Source: Octopus sinensis (taxonomy: Eukaryota). Taken from it: a stretch of DNA of 64,000 nt. Below the pieces are notes generated by a model. That model was not told the DNA's origin. It searched no databases and saw nothing but the letters and a program-made list of their open reading frames with translations. The DNA lies in contig NC_043024.1 in NCBI RefSeq assembly GCF_006345805.1, positions 1,426,001 to 1,490,000 of the forward strand. Reading direction: 5' to 3'. Below, one piece after another: positions 50,497 through 62,346 of this stretch. Both the position numbers and the translations under genes were made by a program. Positions within the stretch are counted from its first letter, which is position 1. Every line of letters begins with the position of its first letter.

Positions 50497-51557
50497 GAAT
50501 TTATATTGAATTGACATTTTATTGCTTGTGTCATCTGTAGACAATTGTACTCTGCTGATGTAACAAAGACCAGAATCAACAAAGCCAATATCTTCCTCTC
50601 GTTTGCTATTCGGCATTTCTCTGTCTTGTCTTTTATTAATTACACTTTTCTGATCACAGACACGCACATGGATATACATGCGTACACAGAGAGATATATG
50701 CCTATAAATATGCATATATACAAACACACACACACACAGGTGGATCCATATACATGCATGTGCAAACTAATCGTTAAGATAGATTTGCATATTAACTGAT
50801 GTTGCCGGCTTTTGTATGTTGGTAGGCCAGCTCTGGGGAGGTTTATACCTGTGTCTACATGTATACATACTTAACTACAAACATTCATATGATTATGCAT
50901 ACATGATTCATATCGTTATTCCAGATATACATACATGTGCATGTGAGTGTGTGTGTGTGTGTATATATATATATATGTGTGTGTATCACCGTGACCGACC
51001 AGGCTATCAGATGTTGCTACACATCACTGGTCACAATGCACTTTGCATTATTTTAGCCTTCAAATGATGCCACCCTGCTGGCTACGGGAGCAGGCCAACA
51101 GAAGAAAGAGGGAGAGAAAGTTGCGGTGAAAGAGTACAGCAGGGATCGCCACCATCCCCTGCCGGAGCCTCGTGGAGCTTTAGGTGTTTTCGCTCAATAA
51201 ACACTCACAACATCCTACAACCACGAGTCCACTGGGCCATTGTACCTCCACATATATGTATGTATATATACGTATAAAAAATATATTTAAAAAAATACAA
51301 AATGGGACAAGAATGCAAAACACTCAAATAGACGACACAAAAACGGACGGGTCATTCGAAGCCTCTTCAGTCGAGAACCAGATCATCCTTGCAATTTCGG
51401 CTGATTAATCTATATATATATATATATTGATATAGATAATAGAATGAATGGTTTACACCTGGTAGCTTACTGGTAAAGCATGGTCATTTTCAGAAACGAT
51501 CGTTAGGTATATAACAAATGAAAGACAGAAGATGGAATATATGAGAATTTATTATTA

Positions 51558-51663
51558 ATCACGACAATTGTTTCGACACATCCAGCATTGATTCCTCTTG
51601 GGTGGGACACTCAACAACTGGTTCAGAGGCATCCGGTGGTGCAGATGTATCTCGTTGGGTGAT
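51558..51663 (-). ncRNA. Core-mutated hammerhead-like motif inside an inverted-repeat element (51511-51954)
   Basis: Minus strand: ATCAC-CCAACGA-GATACATCT...GGATGTGTC-GAAA-CAATTG-TC-GTGAT. Confidence 0.6.
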
Positions 51664-52277
51664 AAATAAATAAATACAACTCATTAAAATGACTGCTCTG
51701 CAATGTAACTTTCCATTTTGTAGAGAGAAAAACAGCCAGACGGAGGAAATATCTTCATTTATATAGAAGATCAAAAATAAAAATCCCAGATGGCAAAAAG
51801 AGAAATGAACAAGCAATCCAGTGAGAAAAATATTAAAAATAACCGTTAACAGATATGGATGTATAAGCGCTCTTGTACAAGCTGCATAGCACAAGTACAC
51901 TCGCTCATGCAAGCACATGCTTGTATATTCCATCTTCTGTCTTTCATTTGTTATCATCATCATCATCATCATCGTTTAACGTGCGTTTTCCACGCTAGCA
52001 TGGGTTGGACGGTTCGACTGGGGTCTGGGAAACCCGAAGGCTGCACCAGGCTCCAGTCTGATCTGGCAGTGTTTCTACAGCTGGATGCCCTTCCTAACGC
52101 CAACCACTCCGCAAGTGTAGTGGGTGCTTTTTATGTGCCACCGGCACGGGTGCCAGGGGCGTCTGGCAGCGGCCACGATCGGTTGGTGCTTTTAACGTGC
52201 CACCGGCACGGAAGCCTGTCAAGGCGGCGCTGACATATATATATATATACACACATATATACATTCTTGTGTCTGCT

Positions 52278-52560
52278 CTCAGAATGGCATCACAAAGCAA
52301 ATAAAAATTGCTGTGTCCCGCGCTTGTGTTCTGACATCGCTCCTTTACTCATGTGAGACATGGACCCTTTACAAATGTCATATAAGGGTCCTTGAACGCT
52401 GTCATCAGAGATGTCTCAGATACATTCTGTATGTTGGCTGGACCTTAAAAACTCCAGACACATAGGTCCTGAGTACAGTTGATATCTCGAGTATTGAGGC
52501 GATGGTGCACAAACGCCAGATACATTGGACTGGACACCATATTAGAATGAAGGATAGGAG
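52278..52560 (+). pseudogene. RTE/BovB-like LINE RT C-terminal fragment
   Basis: ACVLTSLLYSCETWTLYKCHIRVLERCHQRCLRYIL...SIEAMVHKRQIHWTGHHIRM. Confidence 0.8.
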
Positions 52561-53007
52561 CCGCCCCTTTTAACAGGGACCAACCCGGATTTAAAATATC
52601 GGACATCAATTTGGAATTGTATTAAAAAAAGTTGTCAAAATATTTGGTGTATTTTGGAGAAGTATAAGCAATTGATTGGTTTCAAATTTTGGCACAAGGC
52701 CAGCAATTTCAGGGCAGGGCTAAGTTGATTACATCGACCCCAGTGTTCAACTGGTACTTATTTTATCAACCCTGAAAGAATGGAAGGTAAAATCCACTTC
52801 AGAATGTAAAGAATTGAAAGCATTTGTTCAACAAGACAATAATTCTATTAGCTTGATACCTTAGATTTATCACTCATAAATATGAACAAAAAATATTTTA
52901 TGGACCCACAAGGGCCATGTGGACCCCAGTTGAAAACCACTATTCTATATGATGGTTTGATCTGCTAGAATCACTAGCTACATATTTATTGAAATAACAC
53001 TCTAATG

Positions 53008-53225
53008 CAGTGCTTTTCAAACTTTTTGTTGGAGCTGAACCCAAGGAAACATTCCACTGGCTCGAGGAACCCCTGTGCAATAATTTAATAGTCTTATGCA
53101 CACATATCTGCACAGGAGAATTAAAAATTACTGCTGATTTTAGCAGTTTTGTAACTTCTTGTGGAACCCCTGGACTGTACTGGCGGAACCCTAAGGTTCC
53201 GCGGAACACTGGTTGAAAACCACTG
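53008..53225. mobile_element. hAT-type MITE
   Basis: CAGTGCTTTTCAA...TTGAAAACCACTG termini; 8-bp TSD ctctaatg/gtctaatg. Confidence 0.85.
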
Positions 53226-53241
53226 GTCTAATGTCTTAGAT

Positions 53242-53630
53242 GGTGGAGGCGCAATGGCCCAGTGGTTAGGGCAGCGGACTCGCGGTCATAGGATCGCGGT
53301 TTCGATTCCCAAACCGGGCGTTGTGAGTGTTTATTGAGCGAAAACACCTAAAAGCTCCACGAGGCTCCTCAGGGGATGGTGGTGATCCCTGCTGTACTCT
53401 TTCACCACAACTTTCTCTCACTCTTACTTCCTGTTTCTGTTGTACCTGTATTTCAAGGGGCCGGCCTTGTCACTCTCTGTGTCACGCTGAATATCCCCGA
53501 GAACTACGTTAAGGGTACACGTGTCTGTGGAGTGCTCAGCCACTTACACGTTAATTTCACGAGCAGGCTGTTCCGTTGATTCGGATCAACCGGAACCCTC
53601 ATCGTCGTAACCGACGGAGTGCTTCCCATA
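53242..53630 (+). mobile_element. SINE family D
   Basis: Near-identical to 31933-32320; 13-bp TSD taatgtcttagat (53229-53241, 53631-53643). Confidence 0.92.
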
Positions 53631-55704
53631 TAATGTCTTAGATATGTGATGACAGATGCAAAAAAATTGGATGACCATAGCTGGAATGCTTTTGATCATA
53701 TCTCTTCAATTAAGACTGACCCAGGGCATAACCACTCCACCACCACCACCACCACCATCGACAGAAACAATAGTAACAACATCACTAATGAACTCATTCA
53801 ACCCAAACCCCACCCCCACCGTTTACCACCAACAACCGCAAGGCCTTATCTCATCCTCCTACAACCGCCACTCGTTCCTCCTCCACCTCCTCCTCACCGA
53901 GCACTGCTTTCCTCCGTCAGCTGTGCCCTGCCTTTCACACACTTCGTGTTGCAGTTGCCATGCCGACTGCACTGATGAAGCTGTCTTCGTTTATTGTCAC
54001 ATCCTCATCACAGCCTGATAAAATCTCTTGTTATTATTCATAACTCTACCGCTTCTCCGTTCCCACTCTTTCTCTCTCTCTCTCTCTCTCTCCCTCTCCT
54101 TCCCCTCTTCCCCTCTTGGTTTCAAATATTGCCACAAGGCCAGCAATTTCAGGAGGAGGAGGGGGAGAGGGGGTAAGTTGATTATATTGACCCCAGCGCT
54201 CAACTGGTATTTCTTGTCATATCATTACACTTGCTACACACACACACATTTCTGTACCTTTCTCACTCTATTTGTGTGTGTGTGTGTGTGTGCGTGCATG
54301 TGTGTGTGCATGTGCGTGTGTGCGTGCGTGTATATGAATAGACAGACGAAGAGATTTCTGTCTCTCTGTCTCTGTCAGTCTCTCTCTCTCTCTCTCCATC
54401 CATATATACATACACATATACATACATACATATATATATGTGTGTATGTGTGTGTGTAAGTATGTATGTATTTATATATGTATGTATTTACTTAAAAGTA
54501 CAAAGTGATATAGGGGTTTTGAGTGTAACCCACTATGGGATATCATTTATCCAATATACTGCCAGTATATTGGATGTTTTGGATGCTCCTATTTAATCTA
54601 AATAATTAGTTAATAAATTATATGAATTGGTATTATCTGGAAGTTGATGATTGAAAGAAATCTATTCCTTCATTTTCTTATTTTGTATTATGTATGTATT
54701 TATATATGTATGTATGTATATATGTATTTATGTATGTATGTACAAACACGCACACACTCACACACACACACACATATGTATGTATATCATCATCATCATC
54801 ATCATCATTATTGAGTTAGTGATCCTTTCCATGCTTGCATGTGTTGGACAGAATTTACAGGGGACAAATTTTCTCTGGGCAGATGCTCTTCATATCGCCA
54901 AGCCTCACCTCTTCCCAAAGTATTTCTTCAAGGGTTGGACATGTTTTTACAGAATATTCGAAATGAAAGTCACTACTTGTATGATATATATACGTGTGTT
55001 TGTGTGTGTGTGTATATTCTTTTATTGTTTTATTCTTTTACTTGTTTCATTCATTTGATTTACACATACATACGTATACACTCATATATAAATACATATA
55101 TGCATGTACATGTACCAGAATATATAAACACACACACACACACACACACATTTACACATACACATATGCATGCAAGCACACTGACACATACATGTACATG
55201 TACACACACACATACACACACACATGCACACACACAGATCTATACTCACAATTATGCATACACATTTACACATTTTCTGACCTTTTTCTGACCATCTAAC
55301 ACAATAGTTATGTTTGTTAACTTCATACTTTTGTCCAAAATCCCTTACAGAACAAGAGCTTTTTTGGCATTTGTTACGCAATCACTGATGATTTGTTGAT
55401 GTAATCTGTTTATAAGATATTTCCTTATATAGCAGTTATTGCGTTAATGAAACATATGTAAAATGTATTGCATAAATGTAGAAATCTATCTCCACATTTG
55501 AAGCGTTGAGTTCAAAACATCAGAAATGAACAGCAGAAGAAAAAAGAAACAACAAAACCATTGAATTATAATGTATTTGCTTCTTACAAATGGAACTTTT
55601 GAAGCAAAACTGAATACATGGAATTCTAAATATTGGTTATATGTGCTGTGATCAATAAACCCCACACAACATAAATATTATATACATATATATACATACA
55701 TACA

Positions 55705-55775
<71 letters not shown>

Positions 55776-56494
55776 TCATCATCATCATCATCATAGTGTA
55801 ACGTCCACTTTCCATGCTAGCATGGGTTGGACTGGTCGACCGGGGTCTGGGAGTTCAGAAGGCTACACCAGGCTCCAATCTTGATCTGGCAGTGTTTCTA
55901 CAGCTGGATGCCCTTCCTAATGCCAACCACTCAGTGAGTATAGTGGGTGCTTTTTATGTGCCACCGGCACAGGTGCCAGGGGAGTCTGGCATCGGCCACA
56001 ATCGGTTGGTGCTTTTAATGTGCCACGGGCACGGAAGCCAGTCAAGGTGGCGCTATCATCACAGTTTAACGTCTGCTTTCCATGCTAGCATGGGTTGGAC
56101 AGTTCAACCGGGGTCTGGGAAGCCAGAAGGCAGCACCAGACTTCAATCTTGATCTGGCAATGTTTCTACAGCTGGATGCCCTTCCTAACGCCAACCACTC
56201 AGTGAGTGTAATGGGTACTTTATATGTGACACCAGCACAGGGGCCAGAGGAGGCTGGCAATGGTCATGATCGGTTGTTGATTTTTACGTGCCACTGGTAC
56301 AGACACCAGTCAAGGCGGTGCTGACATCAGTCACGTTCAGATGGTGCTTTTTACGTGCCACCAGCACTGGTATCACAACAAAAATTTCCATTTGATTTTT
56401 ATTTGATGTTGATGTACTTGACTCAATAGGTCTCCTCAAGCACAGCAGAACTACAAGAGCTAGATAGGCATCTCCAATTAGCAGGCCATGCTAC

Positions 56495-56537
56495 ACCAGA
56501 CTGATGATGAGCAAAGACTCAGAAACTAGTCTCTGGT
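56495..56537 (+). ncRNA. Minimal type-I hammerhead ribozyme
   Basis: ACCAGA-CTGATGA-TGAG(caaaga)CTCA-GAAA-CTAG-TC-TCTGGT: all stems pair, GUC cleavage triplet. Confidence 0.82.
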
Positions 56538-56912
56538 TGCAGGCTTAGCTGGGTGGAGGTGCTTGTCTCCCCCTTGTAAACATAAGGACACAGGAAATGT
56601 GTCAAGGCTGACAGGAAGCATTGCTGCTTCCTTGGGCTAAATAGCAGTAGTATGATTCCCTTCATGGGACTGTCACATTAAGTTGACAGTATACAACTAC
56701 TTTATCATACCACTACTGCATAAATCTCTCTGAGATATTTAGAAATCTATTATTTCTATTTATATAAATATCAATATATATATATATACACAAATATATA
56801 TATATAATATATATATATAGGCGTGTATCTGTAAATGTCTCTCTCTCTCTTTCTCTCTATATATATATATCTAGGCATGTATCTGTACATGTCTATATAT
56901 ATGTATATATAT

Positions 56913-56950
<38 letters not shown>

Positions 56951-57948
56951 TATATAATATATATATAATATATATATAATATATATATATATATTATATA
57001 TAATATATATATATAATATATATATAATATATATATATATATAGGCATGTATCTGTACATGTCTCTCTCTCTCTCTGTATATATATATAAAGGTATGTAT
57101 CTGTATATGATGTCTAGGTATACATGTACACATGGCAATCATAAATCTTGCACTGAATCATCGGGATTGACTGACATTTTTGTAACTGGAAGAACGGTCT
57201 ACAGTGCCAAACCGTTTAAATGTCAACACGGCAAAGAGCAAAAGGACTAATTTAATAACAAGAGAATGCAAACTCCCATTTTCCTTTGAGAAGTGGTTCC
57301 ACTTCTTTATTTGACATTATTGGGGGAGGTGAAGGTGGTGGGGGAGGGGGTGTTGCTTCCTCCCTTTGACCTTCTTCTTCTCCTTCTGTCACAATTCCAT
57401 TCACATCTCAGACGCTTTGAAGCAGTCGTTCTCAACCAGGGCCCATTGAGGTCTATCTAAGATTTGGATGGGGTGGGGTCTCCATGCAAGTAAAGTAGTA
57501 AATCAAGGACCTTCATTGGCATTTTTAGGATTCATATATATATGTATATACATAATATATATATGATGGGCTTCTTCAGTTTCCACCTACCAAATCCACT
57601 CACAAGGGTTTGGTCATCCCAAGGCTGTAGTAGAAGGCACTTGCCCAAGGTGCCATGCAGTGGGACTGAACCTGGAACCATGTGGTTGAGAAGGAAACTT
57701 CATGCCACTGTGCCATATATACAAGATTCAGTAAGCTAAGCCTGAAAGAGACAGAGTTTTGTTAGAGGTATGCAAAACTTTAAGCTGCAGGGAGTCAAAT
57801 CAAACCGTTATATGATAATATCTATCTATCTATCTATATGTATATATGTATACACACACACACACTCATTCACACACACAAACGCACACACGCACACACA
57901 ATATATGTATACACACACACACACTCATTCACACACACACACACACAA

Positions 57949-57986
<38 letters not shown>

Positions 57987-57991
<5 letters not shown>

Positions 57992-59278
57992 CAGGAAGTA
58001 AATAGACATCTTTAATTTTCAAAATTTCTGATCTAAGCATCATGATATGTTTTCAGCGGTGTAGAATTTACAATGTAATTATTCTAACCCTAATTATTCT
58101 TTTTCATTCCAGGTGCCATTATATTAAACATTGGCGAAGAGTAAACCATGCCATGCACAAAAAATTCAGCAGAACTGTCAGATTTTCAAAGAGGTCGTAT
58201 TGTTGGGCAATCTGAGGCTGGTCTTAGCCAGCGAAAAATTGCCGAAAATCTTAAAATTCCTCTTGCTACTGTTAATAGAACTATAGTGAAATTCAAAAGC
58301 CAAGGAAAAGAATCAACAGATTCTCGTTCCAGGCGACCTGGGCCCTCGGAAAGGAAGCTTCGCTGTTTGAAGAGAATTGTGGAAAACGAACCCCGTTCGA
58401 AGGCTTCTGATGTTGCAAAATATCTAGAAGTTAGTCCAAGAAAATGTGTTACATATCTGCATAAGCTTGGGTATTATGGACAAGCAGCTAGAAGAAAACT
58501 TCTCCATCAACCAATTAATATCAGGAAAAGAAAGAAATGGGCAAAGGAGATGTCAGAAAAATCCAGTTCATCTTGGGATAGAGTGATTTTCTCAGATGAA
58601 TCTAGATTTGCATTATTTTCAGACAATGGACGTGTTTGGATCTGGAGGCTTCCCAATGAAGAATTTGATTTAAAGTGACTCCAACCAATTGTGAAATATG
58701 GCGGTATCTCTGTAATGGTATGGGGAGCTGTCAGCAGTAATGGTCGTTCTGAGCTGATCGAATGTGTTGGAACCATAAACTCTGAAAAATACATCGAAAT
58801 ACTTAAGCAAGGATTACTTCCGATGTATTCACATGATAACATAACTAAAAATGAGTTTTTATTCATGGAAGATGGGGCTCCATGCCACACAGTGAAATGG
58901 AATCAACAATGGCTGACTGAAAATGGGATCAAAAAGCTTCCTTGGCTGAGCCAATCTCCTGATGTGAACCCAACTGAAAATCTTTGGAACATACTAGATA
59001 GAGCTATACGAAAAACTCGACAGAAAACTAAATCTGAAGATGGATTGTTTCGATTGTTGCATGAAAAGTGGGCAGAAATACCACAAGAGATAATCACAAA
59101 GCTCATCAGTTCAATGCCAAAAAGATTTTCTGAATTAAAAACTGCAAAGGGAATGTCAACTAAATACTAAAGTATGTAGTCCTACATGTCGATTACATTT
59201 CAATTGTTCGTTTTGCATATTAAATAAAAGATTTTGAAAATTAAAGGTGTCTATTTACTTCCTGCATGTCTGTGTCTG
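57987..59278 (+). mobile_element. Tc1-family DNA transposon, full length (~1.3 kb)
   Basis: ~37-bp TIRs catgcaggaagtaaatagaca(t/c)ctttaattttcaaaat; right end followed by TA; left end merges into (CA)n. Confidence 0.95.
58148..59170 (+). pseudogene. Tc1 DD34E transposase (340 codons) with one in-frame TGA at 58676-58678
   Basis: The two track ORFs share one frame; paired-like HTH N-terminus, FSDES, VMVWG, EDGAPCH and SPDVNPTENLW with 34 residues between D and E. Confidence 0.95.
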
Positions 59279-59683
59279 TATATAATAAGGATTATTATGA
59301 AGTAGCATTAGCATTACCCTTTAATTCCTTTTTGAGATAATGACGTATATATAGATATATATAGTAGGGGCGCGTAGCTTAGTAGTTAGGGTGTTGGACT
59401 TACGGCTGTAGGATTGCAGTTTTGATTCCTGGTTCGAGCGATCTGTTGTGTTCTTGAGCAAAACACTTCACTTCATGTTGTTCCAGCCCTCTCAGCTGTA
59501 GAAATGAGTGTAGTCTGGAGAAGGATAGGCTCCACCAAGCTTTCGTGCCCTAGCTGTGCTGCATGGCTGCAGTGCCCCAACGACAAGCAAGGGGTTAAGG
59601 GACTTGTCATCAAACACACACACACACATATATATGCAATAAGATAGAGTGAGGTCATAGGAATAACCGATTATCTGATGAAA

Positions 59684-59774
59684 TTCAAGGCTCTGATGAA
59701 GCTATCAGTGTTATTCAGGTACTCAACTACAAATCCAGTGTATCTTATGGCAGAAACAGGTGTAAGCCATTGAA
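59684..59774 (+). ncRNA. Type-I hammerhead-like motif with a long stem II
   Basis: TTCAAGGCT-CTGATGA-A-GCTAT...ATGGC-A-GAAA-CAGGTG-TA-AGCCATTGAA. Confidence 0.7.
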
Positions 59775-59904
59775 GTTCCTAAAACAATCACTTATTCTTT
59801 TGTAATCTCTCTTTATTATCACGTTCAAAAACATACATATATTGAGTTCTACATCGAGTTATTGATCTCGCAATGCCTAAGTGATATATATATATATATT
59901 TTCC

Positions 59905-60231
59905 CAGCGTCACCTTACTGGTACTTGTGCCGGTGGCACGTGAAAAACATTTGAGCGAGGTCGTTGCCAGTGCCGCTGGAGTGGCTCCTGTGCAGCTGGG
60001 CATCTGAAAAACACCATTTGAACGTGGCTGTTGCCAGTACCGCCTGACTGGCATGTAAAAGCACCCACTACACTCTCGGAGTGGTTGGCATTAGGAAGGG
60101 CATCCAGCTGTAGAAACTCTGCCAAATCAAGACTAGAGCCTGGTGCAGCCATCTGGTTCGCCAAACCTCAGTCAAATCGTCCAACCCATGCTAGCATGGA
60201 AAGCGGATGTTAAATGATGATGATGATGATG
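59905..60231 (+). mobile_element. SINE-like family C copy, opposite in orientation to the others
   Basis: Ends ccaacccatgctagcatggaaagcggatgttaaat(gat)n. Confidence 0.88.
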
Positions 60232-60282
<51 letters not shown>

Positions 60283-60764
60283 CTTATATATATAATGTAT
60301 ATGTGTAAATGTATGTGTATCATCATCATCATCGTTTAACGTCCGTTTTCCGTGCTACCATGGGTTGGACAGTTCAACTGGGGTCTGGGAAGCCAGGAGG
60401 CTGCACCAGGCCCAGTCTGATCTGGCAGAGTTTCTACAGCTGGATGCCCTTCCTAATGCCAACCACTCCGTGAGTGTAATGGGTGCTTTTTACATGCCAC
60501 CGGCACAGTGCCAGGGGAGGCTGGCAGATACATATGCATATACATATTCATATACATACATACATGTATATATATTGTACCGTTGGCGATTTTTTTTCCT
60601 CTGTCTTCCCGTCTCTGGATCTTTCCTTCTCCTATGTTTCCGACGAAGAGCTCTGGTCGAAACGTTTAACCCTCCTTCTTCCCTTCTTTCCTGAGCGTCC
60701 AATAATACTATATTTATTCCACGTCCTCGCGTTGTTGTGTTTTTTTGTGCTTTCATGTTTGAAT

Positions 60765-60813
<49 letters not shown>

Positions 60814-60849
60814 ATATATGTGTGTATATATTTATATATATTATATAAT

Positions 60850-60920
<71 letters not shown>

Positions 60921-61269
60921 AATATATATATGCAACACACACACATGGATAGATAGATATGTAGATGTATATATATGTACCTATATATACATATATGTAA
61001 TACCTACATAGCACGACACCTTCTCGCTGACACTGGCTGCCAGTGCCAGTCGCGACTGCGTTAACTCAACACTAATCTTGCTGTCAGAATGCGTTGAGAA
61101 TCAGTGACAAGCCGAATCATAAAAGCCGTTCTCTAAAAGTGAAGAATATTTTAAGAGAACCATTCCACTTGACTGAGAATTTCGCTAGAAATAGCATTTT
61201 ATTGATTTTTTTGTCCTTTTAACACTCACATGCAGTCAAGATTTGCATGTATGTGCATATGCTCTACGC

Positions 61270-61630
61270 TCGTTTGCTATTGCAGCAGTTGCAGTTGTTG
61301 TTGTTGTTGCTGTGAGCATTGCTGTTGCTACAGCTTTCTGTTGTTGTTGTTGTTGCTTCTGCAGTTGCTGTTGTGTCTGCTCTCTCTGCTGCTGCTGCGG
61401 CTGCTGCTGCTACCATAGATGTTGTTGTTGTTGTTGTTACTGCTGCTTCTTGGTACAGTTGATGTCTCTATTGTTGTCACAATGATCGCTGCTACTGCTG
61501 CTGCTGCTATTGTTGTTGTTGTTGTTTTTGTTGTGGCTTTTATTACTGATTCTGTTATTGTCATTGATGTGGTTGTTGTTGTTGGTGGTGCTGGTTGTAG
61601 TCGTTATTGTTGTTTGTGGTGGTCGTGGTG
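61270..61630. repeat. Compound (GTT)/(GCT) trinucleotide tract
   Basis: Direct reading. Confidence 0.9.
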
Positions 61631-61954
61631 GAGTCACTGACATGGTATCATAGATTAACTATTACATACTTGATATCTATGTAACCATGTATCTATCTAC
61701 TTCTCTCTCTCCCCTCCCCTCACTCCACCCCTCTCTGACACACTCTCTCTCTCTCTCTCTTTCTATCTATCTATCTATCATTCTATATATCAATTTATCA
61801 ATCTATATATCTATCTATTTACTTATCTATCAATCTATCACTCTATTACTCTATCTATCTATCTATCTATCTATTTATCAATCACCTAATCAATTTCACT
61901 CTCCTCCAATCTATTTTTTTCTATATGTATACTTATATATATATATATATACAC

Positions 61955-62158
61955 TTTTACTCTTTTACTTGTTTCAGTCATTTGACTGCGGCCATGCTGG
62001 AGCACTGCCTTTAGTCGGGCAAATCGACCCCGGGACTTATTCTTTGTAAGCCCAGTACTTATTCTATCGGTCTCTTTTGCTGAACCGCTAAGTGACGGGG
62101 ACGTAAACACCAGCATCGGTTGTCAAGCAATGCTAGGGAGACAAACACACACACACAT

Positions 62159-62195
<37 letters not shown>

Positions 62196-62346
62196 CGACA
62201 GGCTTCTTTCAGTTTCCGTCTACCAAATCCACTCACAAGGCATTGATCGGCCCGGGGCTATAGCAGAAGACACTTGCCCGCGCAGTGGGACTGAACCCAG
62301 AACCATGTGGTTGGTTAGCAAGCTACTTACCACACAGCCACTCCTA
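61955..62346 (-). mobile_element. SINE family A
   Basis: Reverse copy with a small deletion. Confidence 0.9.

Noticed and set aside
61230-61643. Poly-Cys, poly-Leu, poly-Asn and poly-Thr ORFs
   Set aside because: Trinucleotide low-complexity tract with no exon evidence
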